This document shows, piece by piece, positions 41,661 through 55,858 of a stretch of DNA of 64,000 nt. Origin of the DNA: the human T2T-CHM13v2.0 reference genome, Homo sapiens; assembly GCF_009914755.1 (NCBI RefSeq), contig NC_060930.1; one strand, written 5' to 3'. The notes under the pieces were generated by a model. It made no database searches. It was not told the origin of the DNA and saw nothing but the letters and a program-made list of their open reading frames with translations. How positions within the stretch are numbered: position 1 is the stretch's first letter; each line of letters begins with the position of its first letter. The position numbers and the translations under genes were made by a program.

Positions 41661-44584
41661 CAAATGAAACTTGTATAAAAAAAAGCAATGTAAATATGTA
41701 TTTGTTCAACATCAAAATATATGGATATATAAAGCAAATATTATAATGCAATAAGAGTAGGCGATTTCAGCTCCACACTTTTAACAATGAATAGATCAGA
41801 CAGAAAATCAATAGAAAACAGACTTGAACAACTGTATAAAACAAAAGGACCTAAAAGACATATATGTAACATTTCATCCAACAGCAGCAGAATACACATT
41901 CTTTTTAAGCATACACAGGACATTCTCCAGCAGAGATTATATGTTAGGCCACAAAACTAGTCTTAACAATTTTTTTAAAGTTTTAAATTATATCAAGTTT
42001 TTTTTGTGATCCCAATAGTATGAAACCGTGTCAATAAGAGAAGAAAACTTGGAAAATTTAGAAATATGTGGAAATCAAACAAAAACTTCTAAATACCTAA
42101 TGGCTCAAGAAAAATTCTAAAGGGAAAACAAGATATATCTTCTTGAGATGAATGAAAATGAAAACACAACATACCAAAACATACAGGATGCAGCAAACAC
42201 AGACGAAATTTCACATTTATAAATACCTAGATTAAGAAAACGGTGTCTCAAATAAACAACTCAACACCTCAATCAAGTAGCAAAAGAACAAACCAAGCCA
42301 AAATGCAGCAGAATAAAGCAAAAAACACAAACCAGAGGAGGAATACGTGAAAGAAAAACTACAAAACAATAAAAAGATCATTTAGAAAAAGCTGGTTTTT
42401 TGAAAAGATAAAACTGACATACTTTTAACTGAACTACCAAAGGGAAAAAATAGAAAAAGCTAAAATAAAATTATCAATGAAACAGAGACATTAAGCTTCT
42501 GATACCACAGAAATTCAACCATCAGAAGAGAATAATATGGAAAATTACATGCCAAAAGTTGGATAGAGAGCTTAGAAGAAATGGGTAAATTTATAGGAGC
42601 ATCCAACCAATTAAGACTAAATCATAAAGAAATAGGAAGCCTGAACAGATCATAATGAATAAAGAGATTGAATCAGTAATCAAAAACCTTCCAAAATATA
42701 AAGCCCAAAACATGATGGCTTCATTGGTGAATTCTACCAGTCATTTAAAGAAAAACGAATAATAATACTTCTCAAATTTATCCATAAAATCTGAAGGGAG
42801 AGAACACTTTCAAATTCTTATGAGACCAGCATTATTCTGACCAAAGCAAGAGAAGGAGCCTACAAGAAAAGAAAATTATAGGCCCATATCCCCAGTAAAC
42901 ACAGGTGTAAACATTCTCAACAAAGTATTGACAAACCAAATTGAACATCATATTGAAAAGATCGTACACTGTAATCAAGTGGCATATACTTCTGATATGT
43001 AAGGATGGTTCAACATATGCAAATCAATGTGATATACCATATTAACTGAAAAAGGATAAAAATCAAAAGATTATCTCAATAGAGGCAGAAAAAGCATTTA
43101 AAAAATACTTCAATTCATAATCAAAAAACAACTCTCACAAATTACAGAAATAATGTATCTCAACATAATAAAGGCTATATAGGACAAGCACACAAGCTAA
43201 CATTGTACTCAACAGGAACATGACAAGTATGCCACTCTTGTTACTTCTACTCAATATAGCACTGGAAGTCCTAGCCAGAGCAATTAAGCAGGACAAATAA
43301 AAGGTATCTAAATTGGAAAGAAGAAGTAAAATTGTTTGCAGATGACATGATCTTTTAAATTGAAAATGCTAAATAATTGAACAAATAACTGTTAGAACTA
43401 ATATATAAATTCAGGGAGTTTCATAGAATACAAAATCAAGATACAAAAATTAGGAACATTTCTATACACTAACAAAAACCTCTGTAAAAAAGAAGTTAAT
43501 AAAATTATCTCATTTAGAATAGCCTTAAAAATTAAAATACTTAGGAATTAATTTACATAAGGAGGTAAGAAATCTGTACACTGAAATTTATAAAACTGAT
43601 AAAGGAAATTGAAGACAAAATAAGTGAATATATATCCCATGTTCATGGTTTGGAAAATTAATATTATTAAAGTATCCGTGATACCCAAAGCAATTTACAG
43701 ATTCAGTGCAATCCCTATAAAAATTCCAATGACTTTTTTTATAGAAATAGTAAAAACAATCCTAAAATTTTCAAGGAACCACAAAAGACTCTGAATAGCC
43801 AAAGAAATCCTGAGCAAAATAGAACAAAGCTGAAGGCATCACATTACTTGATTTCAAAATATACTACAAAACTATAGTAATCAAAAGACCATGACAATGG
43901 CATAAAAGAAGACACATAAACCAATGGAAAATAATACAGAACAGGGACGTAAATCTGTAAATTTACAGTCAATTGATCTTCAACAAATGTGCCAACACAA
44001 AATGTGGAAAGAACAGTCTTTGAGTAAATAATGTTGGAAAAACTTATCCACTTGCAAAATAATGAAATGAGAACTTTATCGCACCTCATATACAAATATG
44101 AACTAAAATGGATTAAACACTTAAATATAAGACATGTAACTGTAAACTACTAAAAGAAAACATAGGGAAAATGTTTCTTGACATGGGTCTGGGAAAGAAA
44201 CAAATTGGATATTATAAGCACAGACAGCAGCAATAAAAATAGATAAGCTTCATTTGCTACAAGCTTAAGGTTACAACAAGCTAAAAAGCTTCTGCACAAA
44301 AAAGAAGACATAGTGAAGAGAAAACCTATAGAATGAGATAAAATATTTCAAATCATACACCCCATAAAAGGTTAATATCCAAAACCTATAAATAATTCAA
44401 ATAATTCAAAAAATGAGCAAATGGTTAGTGTAAACATTTTTTAATAGAAGCTATACAAATGGCCAACAATTATCCACAAATTGCTCAACATCACTAACCA
44501 TCAGGTAGAAGCAAATTAAAACCACAATGAGATATTCTTTGATATCTTTTAGAATAGCTATATCAAAAAGACAAAATACCACAA

Positions 44585-44728
44585 AAGATGATAAGTATAT
44601 GAAGTAATACATACATTAATTAGCTTTATTTAGTCATTTTGCAATGTATACATATTTTAAAACAATGTTTTAAATGTTATATATGGATATTTTGTTCAAT
44701 TAAAACTAAAACATTTATAAATACAAAA
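44585..44728 (+). mobile_element. Short L1MA 3'-tip nested in ORF2 of the larger L1
   Basis: 3'UTR-tip sequence flanked by a repeated 'aagacaaaa(t)ac', a probable TSD. Confidence 0.65.
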
Positions 44729-45020
44729 AGAAGACAAAACACAGCAAGTGTTGGTGAGAATGTGGCATAAAGGGAGCCCTCGTGCAGTATTGGCGGGAAT
44801 GTATATTAGTACATTTCCATTTTGGAAAAGAGATGGTGGTTCTTAAAAAATAAAAAATAGAACTACCATATGATGCAACAATCCCACTTCTGGTATGTGT
44901 CCAAAGAAACGGAAGTTAGTATGTCAACGAAGTATCTCCACTTCCATATTAATCATAGCATTTTTTCCAATAGCCAAGATATAGAATCAACCTGAGGGTC
45001 CATCAACAGATGCATGGATA

Positions 45021-45021
<1 letters not shown>

Positions 45022-45055
<34 letters not shown>
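45022..45055. repeat. (GT)n microsatellite
   Basis: Direct reading. Confidence 0.95.
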
Positions 45056-45057
<2 letters not shown>

Positions 45058-47132
45058 AAATGCATATATACAATGACATATTATTCAGCCTGAAGAAAAG
45101 GAAATTCTGTCATTTGCAACAACATGCATGATCCTGGAATATATGTTGCTAAGAGAACTAAGCCAGGCACACAAAGACAAATAATCCATGATGTCACTTA
45201 TATGTGCAATCTAAAAAAGTGAACTCAACATAGAAATAGAAAGTGGAATGATGTTTACCAGTAGGTAGGAAAGGAGATGGAAAGAGGGTGATATTGGTCA
45301 AAATGTACAAAGTCTCAGTTAAGATGAATAAGTTCTGGGAATCTATTGAACAGCATGGTGCCTACAGTTAACAATAATATATTGTACGCTTGAAAATTGC
45401 AAAGAGAGTAGATACTAAAATGTCTTACTATGAAAAAATAAGTATGTGAGGTGATAGATATGTAAATTAGCTTGATTCATTCATTTTACATTGTATATAT
45501 TTGTCAAAACATCACATTTTACAAATAAATAGATACAATTTTATTTTTCTTTTTCTGTATACTTTAATAAACCTGAGAATTAAACTAAAAGCCAGCAAAA
45601 TTGTGAATTTTACCCAAAATAAATAGAAGAAATAATAAATGATAGGAAATAATAGAATATGGACAAACAATAAAAAATTAGTAAAGCCAATATTTGAAAT
45701 TTTTATTTTGATAAAACCTTAGGCTAATCAAGAGAGAATGAGAAAAATAATGAGAGAGATAGAGCAATAGAAAGGAATACTGATATGCTAAACAACCTGG
45801 ATGAATGTTAACATATTGCGCAAAACAAGCTAGATACGAGAAAATTGTGTAAGGTATGATTCTATTTGGATAAAATTTTATAACAAACAAAAGGATCTAT
45901 GGTTATAGAACTAGAAGAGTAGTTGCCTCTCAGGATAGGGATGTGCGTAAAAGGGGCATGAGATTACTTACTAGAGTGTTGGAATGTTCAGTACACATTT
46001 AATTCATGTGTGGGTTTACATGGGTGGTATTTTCCAAAACTTATCCAGCTGTATCTTCATTACATGTATCTTTGATATTATTAAATTATATATAATTTAA
46101 AAACAAAATATATATGACCAATGAAATCACTGAATTGATGTAGCTCCAGATGCTCATCGATACGGCTTCTAGAGTCTCCCATTCATGCCACTGGATGTAC
46201 AAGTTGCAGTCATGTATAAATGATGCTTTCCACGGAACTGAGCCTTCCTGAGGATTATCTACAAACTTCTACAGAGCAGCTAGAACCTGCTTATGAAAGT
46301 TCACCTCTTTGATATTGACAAATTCCCAAACCACGCTCAAGCTTAATACATCCCTTTGGACACAGTGGCTGATCTTTACAGCTGTCCATGAGAACCATTG
46401 AACAACCCAGTCAGTTTTTGTAACATTCATCTTAACTGGTGCTAATTTTACCCCCTCTCTATAGTCTAATATTTAAATTGTTAAAACATCTTTCATTTCT
46501 AAATCCATAAGCACTCATTTAATAGCACTATTGTGTGATTAAGATATTTTCTAAAAATTCAGTTCAGTTACAATTCATACTGGAAGAGAACCACTAGGGT
46601 ATTAATCATATCATGATTACCTCAGATCTCAAGGGACCAGGCAACCACTCAAAATTTTACAGCTGAAATAACACTTGTTAAATTAACACGTCAACCAACT
46701 TCCTATGAGTCTGGCCAAGTGATAAATTGTGTTGGCCCAGTGATATTTTACACACTTTAAAGTGATAATAGTTTCTTATGAAGACAGTACAAAAAACAAT
46801 TCTCTAGACTGAAAACAGAGGTGACAACCCAGAAAAAATATATTATTTGTTCATCAGTTATAGATCTTTGTCATGATTCATAAATCACCATTGTAATTAA
46901 TAAAAGTATTTTTCAGTAGCATTTTGAACATTTCAGATCCAATTCTCCATTATCTTATTTGGCCCTTATAACAATCCTAAAATGTAAGCTCTCAGATATC
47001 ACCAATATTTTTCTGTTAAGTAAATAAAGGCAAAGAACCTTGAACTTATTGTATGACATTACATATTAGGCCAGAGACATCCAGGGGAAGGTCCTGAGCT
47101 TTCAGATTACTAACTAAACAGTTTTGTCTTCA

Positions 47133-47480
47133 GACCAGAGAGTACAAACCAGACACCCTTAAGCTCCATCTTGCCTGCAGACTGTTTTCTGGCTCAAACA
47201 GTATAGTTTACACTTTTAAATTCCGTTATATAATGAACATATTTAGAGATTTAACCTAAAAATCTTAATTGTAACCCCTCTGAAATTATTAAATTATTTG
47301 GGAATATTCACCTTTTCACATATCAGTAATGAGTTAAAGGGAACAGTAACTGCTAATTTAAATTATTTAATACTTTCCAATTTGCCACTGACCCTTTTAG
47401 CCAGCCCATGCTCCTTCCCTCAGATAGAGTTGGATCTACCTGGATCCTACAGGTATGTCTGTTCCTGGATCCTAAGTTAG
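47133..47480. mobile_element. hAT-Charlie non-autonomous element (MER102/103-like)
   Basis: 'cctgcagactgttttctggctc...gagatttaacctaaaaatc' resembles the recalled consensus; strongly decayed. Confidence 0.4.
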
Positions 47481-47563
47481 ACTATATGACCCTTTGGAGA
47501 GCTAACCTCACACTTAAGCTTTGTCTCTTTCCTTGATAATACTGTATCTTTAGAATTCTCCTG

Positions 47564-48552
47564 TAGACTGTTATGATTTCTATTCTTGCTGGTCATTAGA
47601 GAAATGCAAATCAAAACCACAATGAGATACCATCTCATGCCAGTGAGAACAGCAATCATTAAAAAGTCAGGAAACAACAGATGTTGGGGAGGATGTGGAG
47701 AAATAGGAATGCATCTGTTGGTGGAAGTGTAAATTAGTTCAACCATTGTAGAAGACAGTGTGGCGATTCCTCAAGGATCTAGAACTAGAAATATCACTTG
47801 ACCCAGCAATCCCATTACTGGGTATATATCCAAAGGATTATAAATAATTCTACTGCAAAGACACATGCACACATATGTTTATTGCAGCACTATTCACAAT
47901 AGCAAAGACTTGGAACCAACCCAAATGTACCTCAATGACAGACTGGATAAAGAAAATGTGGCACATATACACCACGGAATACTATGCAGCCATAAAAAAG
48001 GATGAGTTCATGTCCTTTGCGGGGACATAGATGAAGCTGGAAACCATCATTCTCAGTAAACTAACACGAGAACAGAAAACCAAACAGCACATGTTCTCAC
48101 AAATGTTGAACAATGAGTTGAACAATAAGAACACATGGACACAGGGAGGGGAACATCATACACTGGGCCCTGTCAGGGGATGGGGGGATAGGGGAGGGAG
48201 AGCATTAAGAGAAATACCTAATGTAGGTGATGGGTTGATAGCTGCAGCAAACCACCATGGCACGTGTATACTTACATAACAGACCTGCACGCTCTGCACA
48301 TGTACCCCAGAACTTAAAGTATATACACATATACTTTATATATATATATACACACACATATATACACATATATATATACACACATATATATACACATATA
48401 TATATACATATATATACACATATATATACTTATATACATATATAAGTATATATACATATATATACTTATATATATACATATATATGTATATATACACATT
48501 ATATATATACATATATATGTATATATACACATTATATATATACATATGTAAA
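47564..48552 (+). mobile_element. 5'-truncated L1PA7-like 3' end with a microsatellite tail
   Basis: ORF2 C-terminus and 3'UTR to 'ccccagaacttaaagtata'; TSD agaattctcctg at 47552-47563 and 48553-48564. Confidence 0.9.
48318..48549. repeat. Compound (TA)/(CA) microsatellite replacing the L1 poly(A) tail
   Basis: About 230 bp of 'tatatacaca'-type units between the L1 3' end and its TSD. Confidence 0.95.
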
Positions 48553-49259
48553 AGAATTCTCCTGATTTTCAGGAAATAGCCTGGGAGAAATCACCTTCAA
48601 AAGCCATTGGCTCTGCCTCTCCTATTCATTAGGAGTATTGTTCAGGACCACCTTTTTTCATATAGCTTATTGCAACGTAAAATGACTACATCTCTTTGGA
48701 AGTCCAAAATAGTTAATTTACTTTAGAATTTACTCATGTTTACTAGACAGATAGATATATGATAGATAGATAGATAGATATGATATAAATATGCATACTC
48801 ACATTTTATACTTTTAATGTATTTAATTAATGATTTACTTTTTAAATTACTAGAATAAAAAACCTTTGAACTAGACATTTACATCCATAATAGAATTTTA
48901 TTTGAGGAATGTAATTTGCACAATGCAAAAATAAAGTCCCTGAGCCCCCAGGAATCTGGCCATGAAGAAGTACCTGTATTCTGTTTTCTTATTCTTTTCT
49001 GTAGTCAATCCTGGTGTTCATGAGAGAAACCTGAGAAGGGTGGGTCAGTGCTAAAGATGAGCAGATTCTTTTTGGTTTTTAAAAGTAATACAGCTTCACT
49101 CCTGGATGACAGACTGGTGGGGAATCTGCTAGGAATTTTCACTGAGAAAATCCCTGTGTCAGGACCAGAACATGGCTTTGGACAGTGAATCTAACCTTGC
49201 GTTAAGACCGAAATAATCAGACAATTGGGAGAAGGCCCATGTTCCTTACACTGTAAGAT

Positions 49260-49318
<59 letters not shown>
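49260..49318. repeat. (GATA)n tetranucleotide STR, about 14 perfect units
   Basis: Direct reading. Confidence 0.97.
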
Positions 49319-50664
49319 GTAGTTAGAATTTAGAATAGACATGACAAAGAGATTGTAAACTAGATGTCTCAGGAAAAAAATAAACAACACAATGACTTAT
49401 CTTTCTTCTCTCTTTGGTCTTTCTTGCTCCCCTCACTTCTCCTATCTCTTATGTTCTGTTCCTAATCTTGATAAAGCAAATTTTTTAAGTAATTTTTTTT
49501 CCTACTAAGTTTTACATCTGTGTCTGTTGAGTTAGTAAGTAGGTCACTTCCACCAATTCTGTTTCTGTTTCAATTGAAAGCACAGTCTCACTTTCAGTCT
49601 TAGAAGATAATAAAGCCCAGATTTCAGAAAGCACATTACTGTACTGCTAAGATTTTAAAGGCCAAATATACCACCCTTTCCTGTAGCATCTTCTTTCTCC
49701 AGGACTCTAACCTACTCACTTTTTTGCCTTCCAAAGTATAGCACAGATTGAACACCTGTGCCTTGAACTACCTCCTTTTCCTTTAGTTTATCAACTTTTT
49801 CTGCCCAGGGTCTCTTTCTTTCCTTTTCAGCATGTATCCCAAGGTCAGTAGCATTGATTCCACTCCCACAAGCAATGATGACTTCTAGTGCTTCAGACAT
49901 CGACCTTCAAGCCCCTCCCTCCCATCTTAATTCATCTGTAGCTCTTCTTCCCTCCAAGACTATGGAGCACAATGGGAGAGATCTCTGGATTCCAGTTTTA
50001 GCTGGATAGTCTGTGCCACTCTGCAGACCTTTCTTTTGTTTGTTTTACATCATTTCCTTCTTATTTCCCTAAGCAGCTACTGCAAACCTGTATCCCTTTC
50101 CTCAAGCCCACACTCTATACCTGCACTCTTTTGTTCCCTGAAAAACAGAGGGCATCATCTGTTTCCAGAGCAAAATAGAGAATCTGGATAATTCCCGTCA
50201 ACTCCAATACTTCATAATTAGATCCTTCTGTTTTCTCCCTGCTTTTATTTATGTTAAATGTGTGTGTGTGTGTTGTGTGTGTGTGCATGCACACATGTAA
50301 TACCTATTTTCTGGAATTTATCAGAATATTCGAAAATATATGCAAAGGATCTGTTTCTCATTATAAGTTATGATAATTTTTAGAGCTAACTTCAGAATTA
50401 TCTTTATTTGGGCTCAAGGCTATACAAGCAATGAACACTAAAATTTTGTGTACTGTTTGATTTTTTGTAAAACATACATGCTTCCTCACTCTTTCAGAGA
50501 AAATACTAAGGTACTGTGGCCTTTCATAATCTAATCCAATTTTTTTATTATGTACTTTGTACTACATATTTTATTATACAGACTTGGATTCAAAGATATT
50601 TAAGAGATACAAAGAAGGACTTCATCCAGTCTGTGGACCACCTGAATCTGTGGGTATGTTACTT

Positions 50665-50958
50665 CTCTCTCTCTCTCTCAACAGGGTCTCACTCTGTTGC
50701 CTAACCTGTAGTGCAGTGGCACAATCATGGCTCATTTTAGCCTAGAGCTCTCGAGCTTAAGCAATTCCCCTGACCTCAGCCTCCCAAGTAGCTGGGACCA
50801 CAGGCACCCACCACCACATATGGCTATTTTTTTTTTTCTGTAGAGATGGAGTCTCACTATGTTGCCCAGGATGGTCTCAGACTCCTGGGCTCAAGCAGTT
50901 CTCCCACCTCAACCTTCCAAAATGCTGGGATTACAGGCACGAGCCACTGTGCCTGGCC
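50665..50958 (-). mobile_element. AluJ
   Basis: Dimeric with J diagnostics ('ctcctgggctcaagc'); (CT)n tail; TSD gtatgt(t/g)actt. Confidence 0.88.
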
Positions 50959-50974
50959 TGTATGTGACTTTTTA

Positions 50975-51310
50975 AAAGTAAATTTACTGAAGTTTAACTT
51001 TTATAAATTAAAATGAGGTTTAACCAATAAAAGTACCTCTGTAATTACAACTACTGTCAACATATAGAACATGTTCAACACTCCAGATAGCTTTTTGTAT
51101 TTCTTTGTAGTCATCTGAATGCCTAACCTCTGGTAAACATTGTATCTATGTTCCATCATTGTAGCTTAGTTTTGCCAAGTTGCATATAAGTAAAATCATG
51201 TTTTTTTATTTCTAGTTTCTTTTACTCTAGATAATGTTTTTGAAGTTTATTTGTATTGCCATAACAGCAATTCCTTCCTTTTTATTGTTGAGTAGTAAGT
51301 AGTCTCCTGC
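50975..51310 (-). mobile_element. L1ME-like 3' fragment
   Basis: 'atatagaacatgttcaacactccag...ttccttcctttttattgttgagtagta'. Confidence 0.6.
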
Positions 51311-54300
51311 ACAGACATATGTATTTGTGATTTTCTCTAGAGAGAATGCTTATGGGTTTTTCATCAGATCCTTAGAAAGGTATGCTGTTCCAAAGTTTAG
51401 CAATCTGTGCTTTAAATATAGCTTACAGATCCCCTTCCCTGTTTCATCTCTAGGGAAAGACTTGCTATGGATAAGCAATAAAATAATGTCATCTGTGAAA
51501 TGAAGCTAGTTCATTGTACTAGGTACTGGAGTTTTAATTAACAAAAATGGTTTGTAAAAACCGAGATATCTGTTTGTCTCATAGTTCTTTCTCTATCGTA
51601 TGTCTATCTTGGGATGCAGAGTTTCATTTGGAAGGCCATTCTCTTCTCCAAACTTTGAAAGGTCAATTAAAATCAAAGTAAGGCCAAGAGCCAGGTTCAT
51701 AGAGTGAAGCAAGCTTCTTAAGCCTGTCTTTATTAAGCTATTTGGATAAATGGTGAAAATCATTACTGGGAACTCACATTGTTTCCCAGATTAGCACATT
51801 AGCAAAGGATGTATACAAGAAATTTAAGGCCAACAGCCTAATTTTCAACTAAGAATATATCAGGCAAGAATATTCTTTGCAGTAAACACATCTCTCGAAA
51901 AGTTAAAGTAATGAGAGTACTGTTACCTATCAATTATCAGGGAATTAACACTTTGAGAGGACTTAGCAATCTTATCATGAGTAAGGCTGTATAATGAGAG
52001 AACTAAAACAACAAAGATGGAGATACTCTGAGCTCATCAAGTCAAATGTCTTCTTTATAACCAATAAAAGATTGAATTGTCTTATCCACATAAAATAGAT
52101 GTAAAAAGTAATTGTCAAATCAAAACTAGCACTTTAAAATTTCCAATGTTTAAATATTTTTGTTCCCTGCCCCCGACACCATGCTTGAAAATTAAGCCTA
52201 ATGGAAATTGCCTGAAACTCTGAAAGGCAGCCTGGATTTTTTTTTTTTTAAATTTAACCCTTGTAATAAAGAATGATTCCAAGATTTTTTCTTGAGGTAT
52301 ATTTATCTTTTTTTCTATGTGTGCATTATTTTTATTAGACAACATTTAGTCTGTACTAGTTTAGTTTACCCCCATGTTTTTTTTTAAATTTCACTTCCGA
52401 TATTGACATGTTTGTTGATCAAAATTTCTATTTTCTACTCTAAATTGGCTAATCTAGATTTAAAGTTAAAATGGAGCTCTCTCTACCCAGTGCCTATAGC
52501 TACTAAAGATATAGTTGTACAAAGCATAAAACATGACATATTTAGATCTTTCCTGAACAGCTTTTGCAGTATAATGAAATGATTTGATGCAACTTCGACA
52601 ATATCAACTGTGAATGTTATTAGATATCAGAAGTACAGTATCTGATACTGTTTCCCTGGTTGTTTAATGATAATGTCCTCCGGTCTCTTTAAAAGAGCAC
52701 ATTACTTTCCACCATACAAAGAATATTCTAATTGCAGTCGCTGTTTTACATAGTTTTCAGGATATTATAATTTTTAAATTCCACTAAGAAGAGTAATGAT
52801 ATTAATAACAAATATTTAAACAATATGTATACCAATTTCATTTAATAAAGACTATTTGTTAAAAAATACATTAATATCAAATATTGAGCTCAAATATTAA
52901 ATTATATATTGAAATTTAGAAATATATTTCCTGTTTTTCTTCATTTTAGTTCATGAAGCATTTTTATTAAGACAAACAAATTAAAATGAGCTGTTCCCCT
53001 GAATATTCAGGTGATCTTTCAATAATGAAATCAGTGAATTTTGCCTCCAAACAATAATTCCTTCATTTGGTTTAGCTCTACACCATTCTTTTTATTCAAT
53101 CATAAGAGTCTATACATTATGTTTTTTAATAACTAACATTTTCATCATCATCACCTTTTCCTCATTTAAATGGTTAAAGAAATGATTCTTTAATATATAA
53201 TGGGATGTTAAAAAAACTTTCTATTTTCTCAATTTAGATGAGAATGGAAACCTGGGGATAATAGGTGACAAGTTTCACTCAAATTTCAAATAGAGGTGTT
53301 TCTGAAGGAAGGAAAATTTAGCTCATTCCCACTCCTAATGGTACAAAGCGGAAAGCAGGAGACAAATTTTCAGAGAGGATTGATAGAGAATTATCTGAAG
53401 AAAGCTGTGTGTGTCCTGTGCTACTTCCACCCATCTGGACCTTTACCATTTCAAGTCAACTGACTTCATGACATCTACTCAGTCATTATATATGTCTTTT
53501 GGTCTTTAAACAGCCCAGGGACTTGTATCTAGTGCCCTTCAGTGAAAATTTACAGGTAAAAAGATAGTTGCATCTGTCTCTGATGTTAGAACTGAGATCA
53601 ACATGAACTTCTAGATTTTGGCTGCGTTATATATGTACACAGTAAGGAGCTGGGTTGGAGAGTTATCTTAAAGGGAACTTGGTCAAGAGCTCTGCAATCC
53701 CAGGCAAGGGTAGCTCCAACAATAAGAGCTACCCTTATCCACTGGATATCTCATTGGATGCATGATTTGAAGAGGGAATCAAACAACACACCATCATCTG
53801 TTAGGGAAGAGTGCAATATTAGAAGTCATTCATCTGCAAAATACCAATATTTTGAGGAAACATTAAACTTTGCCAGAAAGGGATTCCAGAAGCTATACTA
53901 AGATATCACCAGCTTTACCATTTGTATTTACTATCTATGTAACTTTCTACACTGTCATCTGCCAAATGTTGGTCAGGCCTACCTGAGCTTGTGAGAGAAG
54001 GAAAAAAAAGTATTAAATTGAATAAGAAATATAATTATAAAAACTGTTTTCAAAAGAAAAAGAAACATTTTTAATATTCAAAAGTGAATTTAAAAAGTTC
54101 TAGAATTTTCATGAAATAGTGCCTTACTGTAGGAAAGGGAGATCTGACAGCATATTCTAAAGCCACTGATATAAAGAAATAAAAACACGTTCTGGATTAC
54201 AGGCTGCCAAGTCCAATCCATTCAATAATTTCATCATGAATAGAATAAGCCCAGTAAAAAAGTTCTGATGAAGCCTACATTAAATAATAAGCAGCCCAAC

Positions 54301-55569
54301 CCCAAAGGTGCTGTACGTGTTATAGGACAATGCTGTAATTCAAAGTTCTCAAGCTATATGACTTAGAGAAGAATATTAAACAAAGCAAGTTAAACGCATA
54401 CCTATCCAGAGGTGAGCAAAGGCATAAACTGTACAGCTGATGAAGGCATGAAGAAAAGGTATAAAAATATAAACTTGTTAATATTGTGCAGTCAATTTTG
54501 AAAAAGGGCAGGAAAGTCTTCTAAAGAAGAAGTAAGAATATCTGTTCATCCTCATCGCCTTTTACTCCTTTTTATCTCTGCAGACAGGACCCCGAGCAAG
54601 GTGGTATTAAGAGGCTTACAAATTACTTTTAAGTGTGGGACTTGAGAGCCACCTGAAAAAGAAAGTAGCAAATCTCATCAACTCAATCACAAGGGGTTTA
54701 TGTTAGTGCAGAAAACTGATGCCAGTACAATTGGACCAGGATTGTAGTAGCTGTGAGTTATACAGTTGATTTTCAAAGATCTCTTTCTACATCTGATACA
54801 TAAGATTTCTATCTATCTTTCACTGTACTTTTAGTGATTTCTACAACCCAGAAAGTACTTTAACAATGATTTTTTAATATTTTTTCTATATACTGCCTTT
54901 CTCTGTATGTTCCTGTTTTATCAGAAAATACAAAGTTCACAATGTACCCTTGTTCAGTTTCACACTACTGTTCTTCTCCTCATTTATTATAGTTGGTATC
55001 TTCTAACTATGGGGTTCAATTTCCTCAGTCATGGTTCTTGGCTTCTTGGCAGTATTACATGTCTTTGAATTTTTGCATGAACTTTTGAGTAGTTACTAAT
55101 GCCTTCTCTGTTCCTTTTAAATTCCATGTATCATTGTGAATCAAGATAGAGATGCCATTTTTCTTTGGCATATCTGTTGGATTTTTATGTGCATATAATC
55201 CTTTATAGAAGTTCCCCTCTACACTCTTTCACAAAGTGAGCATACCTATATGGTATCTCTACTAGCCTGCACGTAAGTCATTTATTCAACATTTTGTTGG
55301 GAGATATTATAGGGAAAAAAAACACTAATATGCACACAAATTAGGTAAAAACTGCAAACACATATACACAAATGTACAAACACACACACGTGAGGAATAA
55401 ACATCTGTTTTTAAATTCCTAAATATATTACTATAGGTGAATTTTATAAAATATAATATAATATATTAACGCTTTTTTCAATGTTGTTTTAATTTTACTT
55501 AAATTTATTGAAGTTATTAGTAAAGTGGCATAAGAAAGGAAGATGATAATTAAATGAGAATGTTTGAAT

Positions 55570-55858
55570 TGTGGGTTTACCTCTTCCCTTGGATGCTGTC
55601 ACTCATTGTCCTGCTTTTCTTTAGACTTTCTGGTCACTCCTTTTCCATTTCATTTTGAAGAATCATGGTTATACAAAAGTGAAGTTCTTCCAGCTCAGTC
55701 TTAGGCCCTGTCTTTTCACTGTTTATTCTTTTCCTGCATGTGTAATCTCATTTACTAGCAGGCCTTCAATAAAAACCATACTCAGATAATTAGCATTTAT
55801 ATCTTTAGTTCAGATGTTTCCTCTAAACTCCAGACCCATATGTCTAACTACTCATCTC
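55570..55858 (+). mobile_element. L2 ORF2 remnant
   Basis: 'gctcagtcttaggccctgtcttttc...ctctaaactccagacccatatgtctaactac'. Confidence 0.6.

Larger units (their letters stand above)
37620..45580 (+). mobile_element. Near full-length ancient L1MA7/8-like LINE-1 (about 8 kb including nested inserts)
   Basis: 5' start 'catcagcaaaatggc', GC-rich array, ORF1 from about 39550, ORF2 from about 41200 (EN 'YTFFLSIHRTFSSRDYMLGHK', RT 'tttgcagatgacatg'), and an L1MA7/8-type 3'UTR. Confidence 0.85.

Noticed and set aside
48257-48545. Y/I/H-rich ORFs
   Set aside because: Translations of the TA/CA microsatellite
50590-51415. Possible hAT/MER fragments flanking the AluJ and L1ME
   Set aside because: Too short and decayed to assign without a database search
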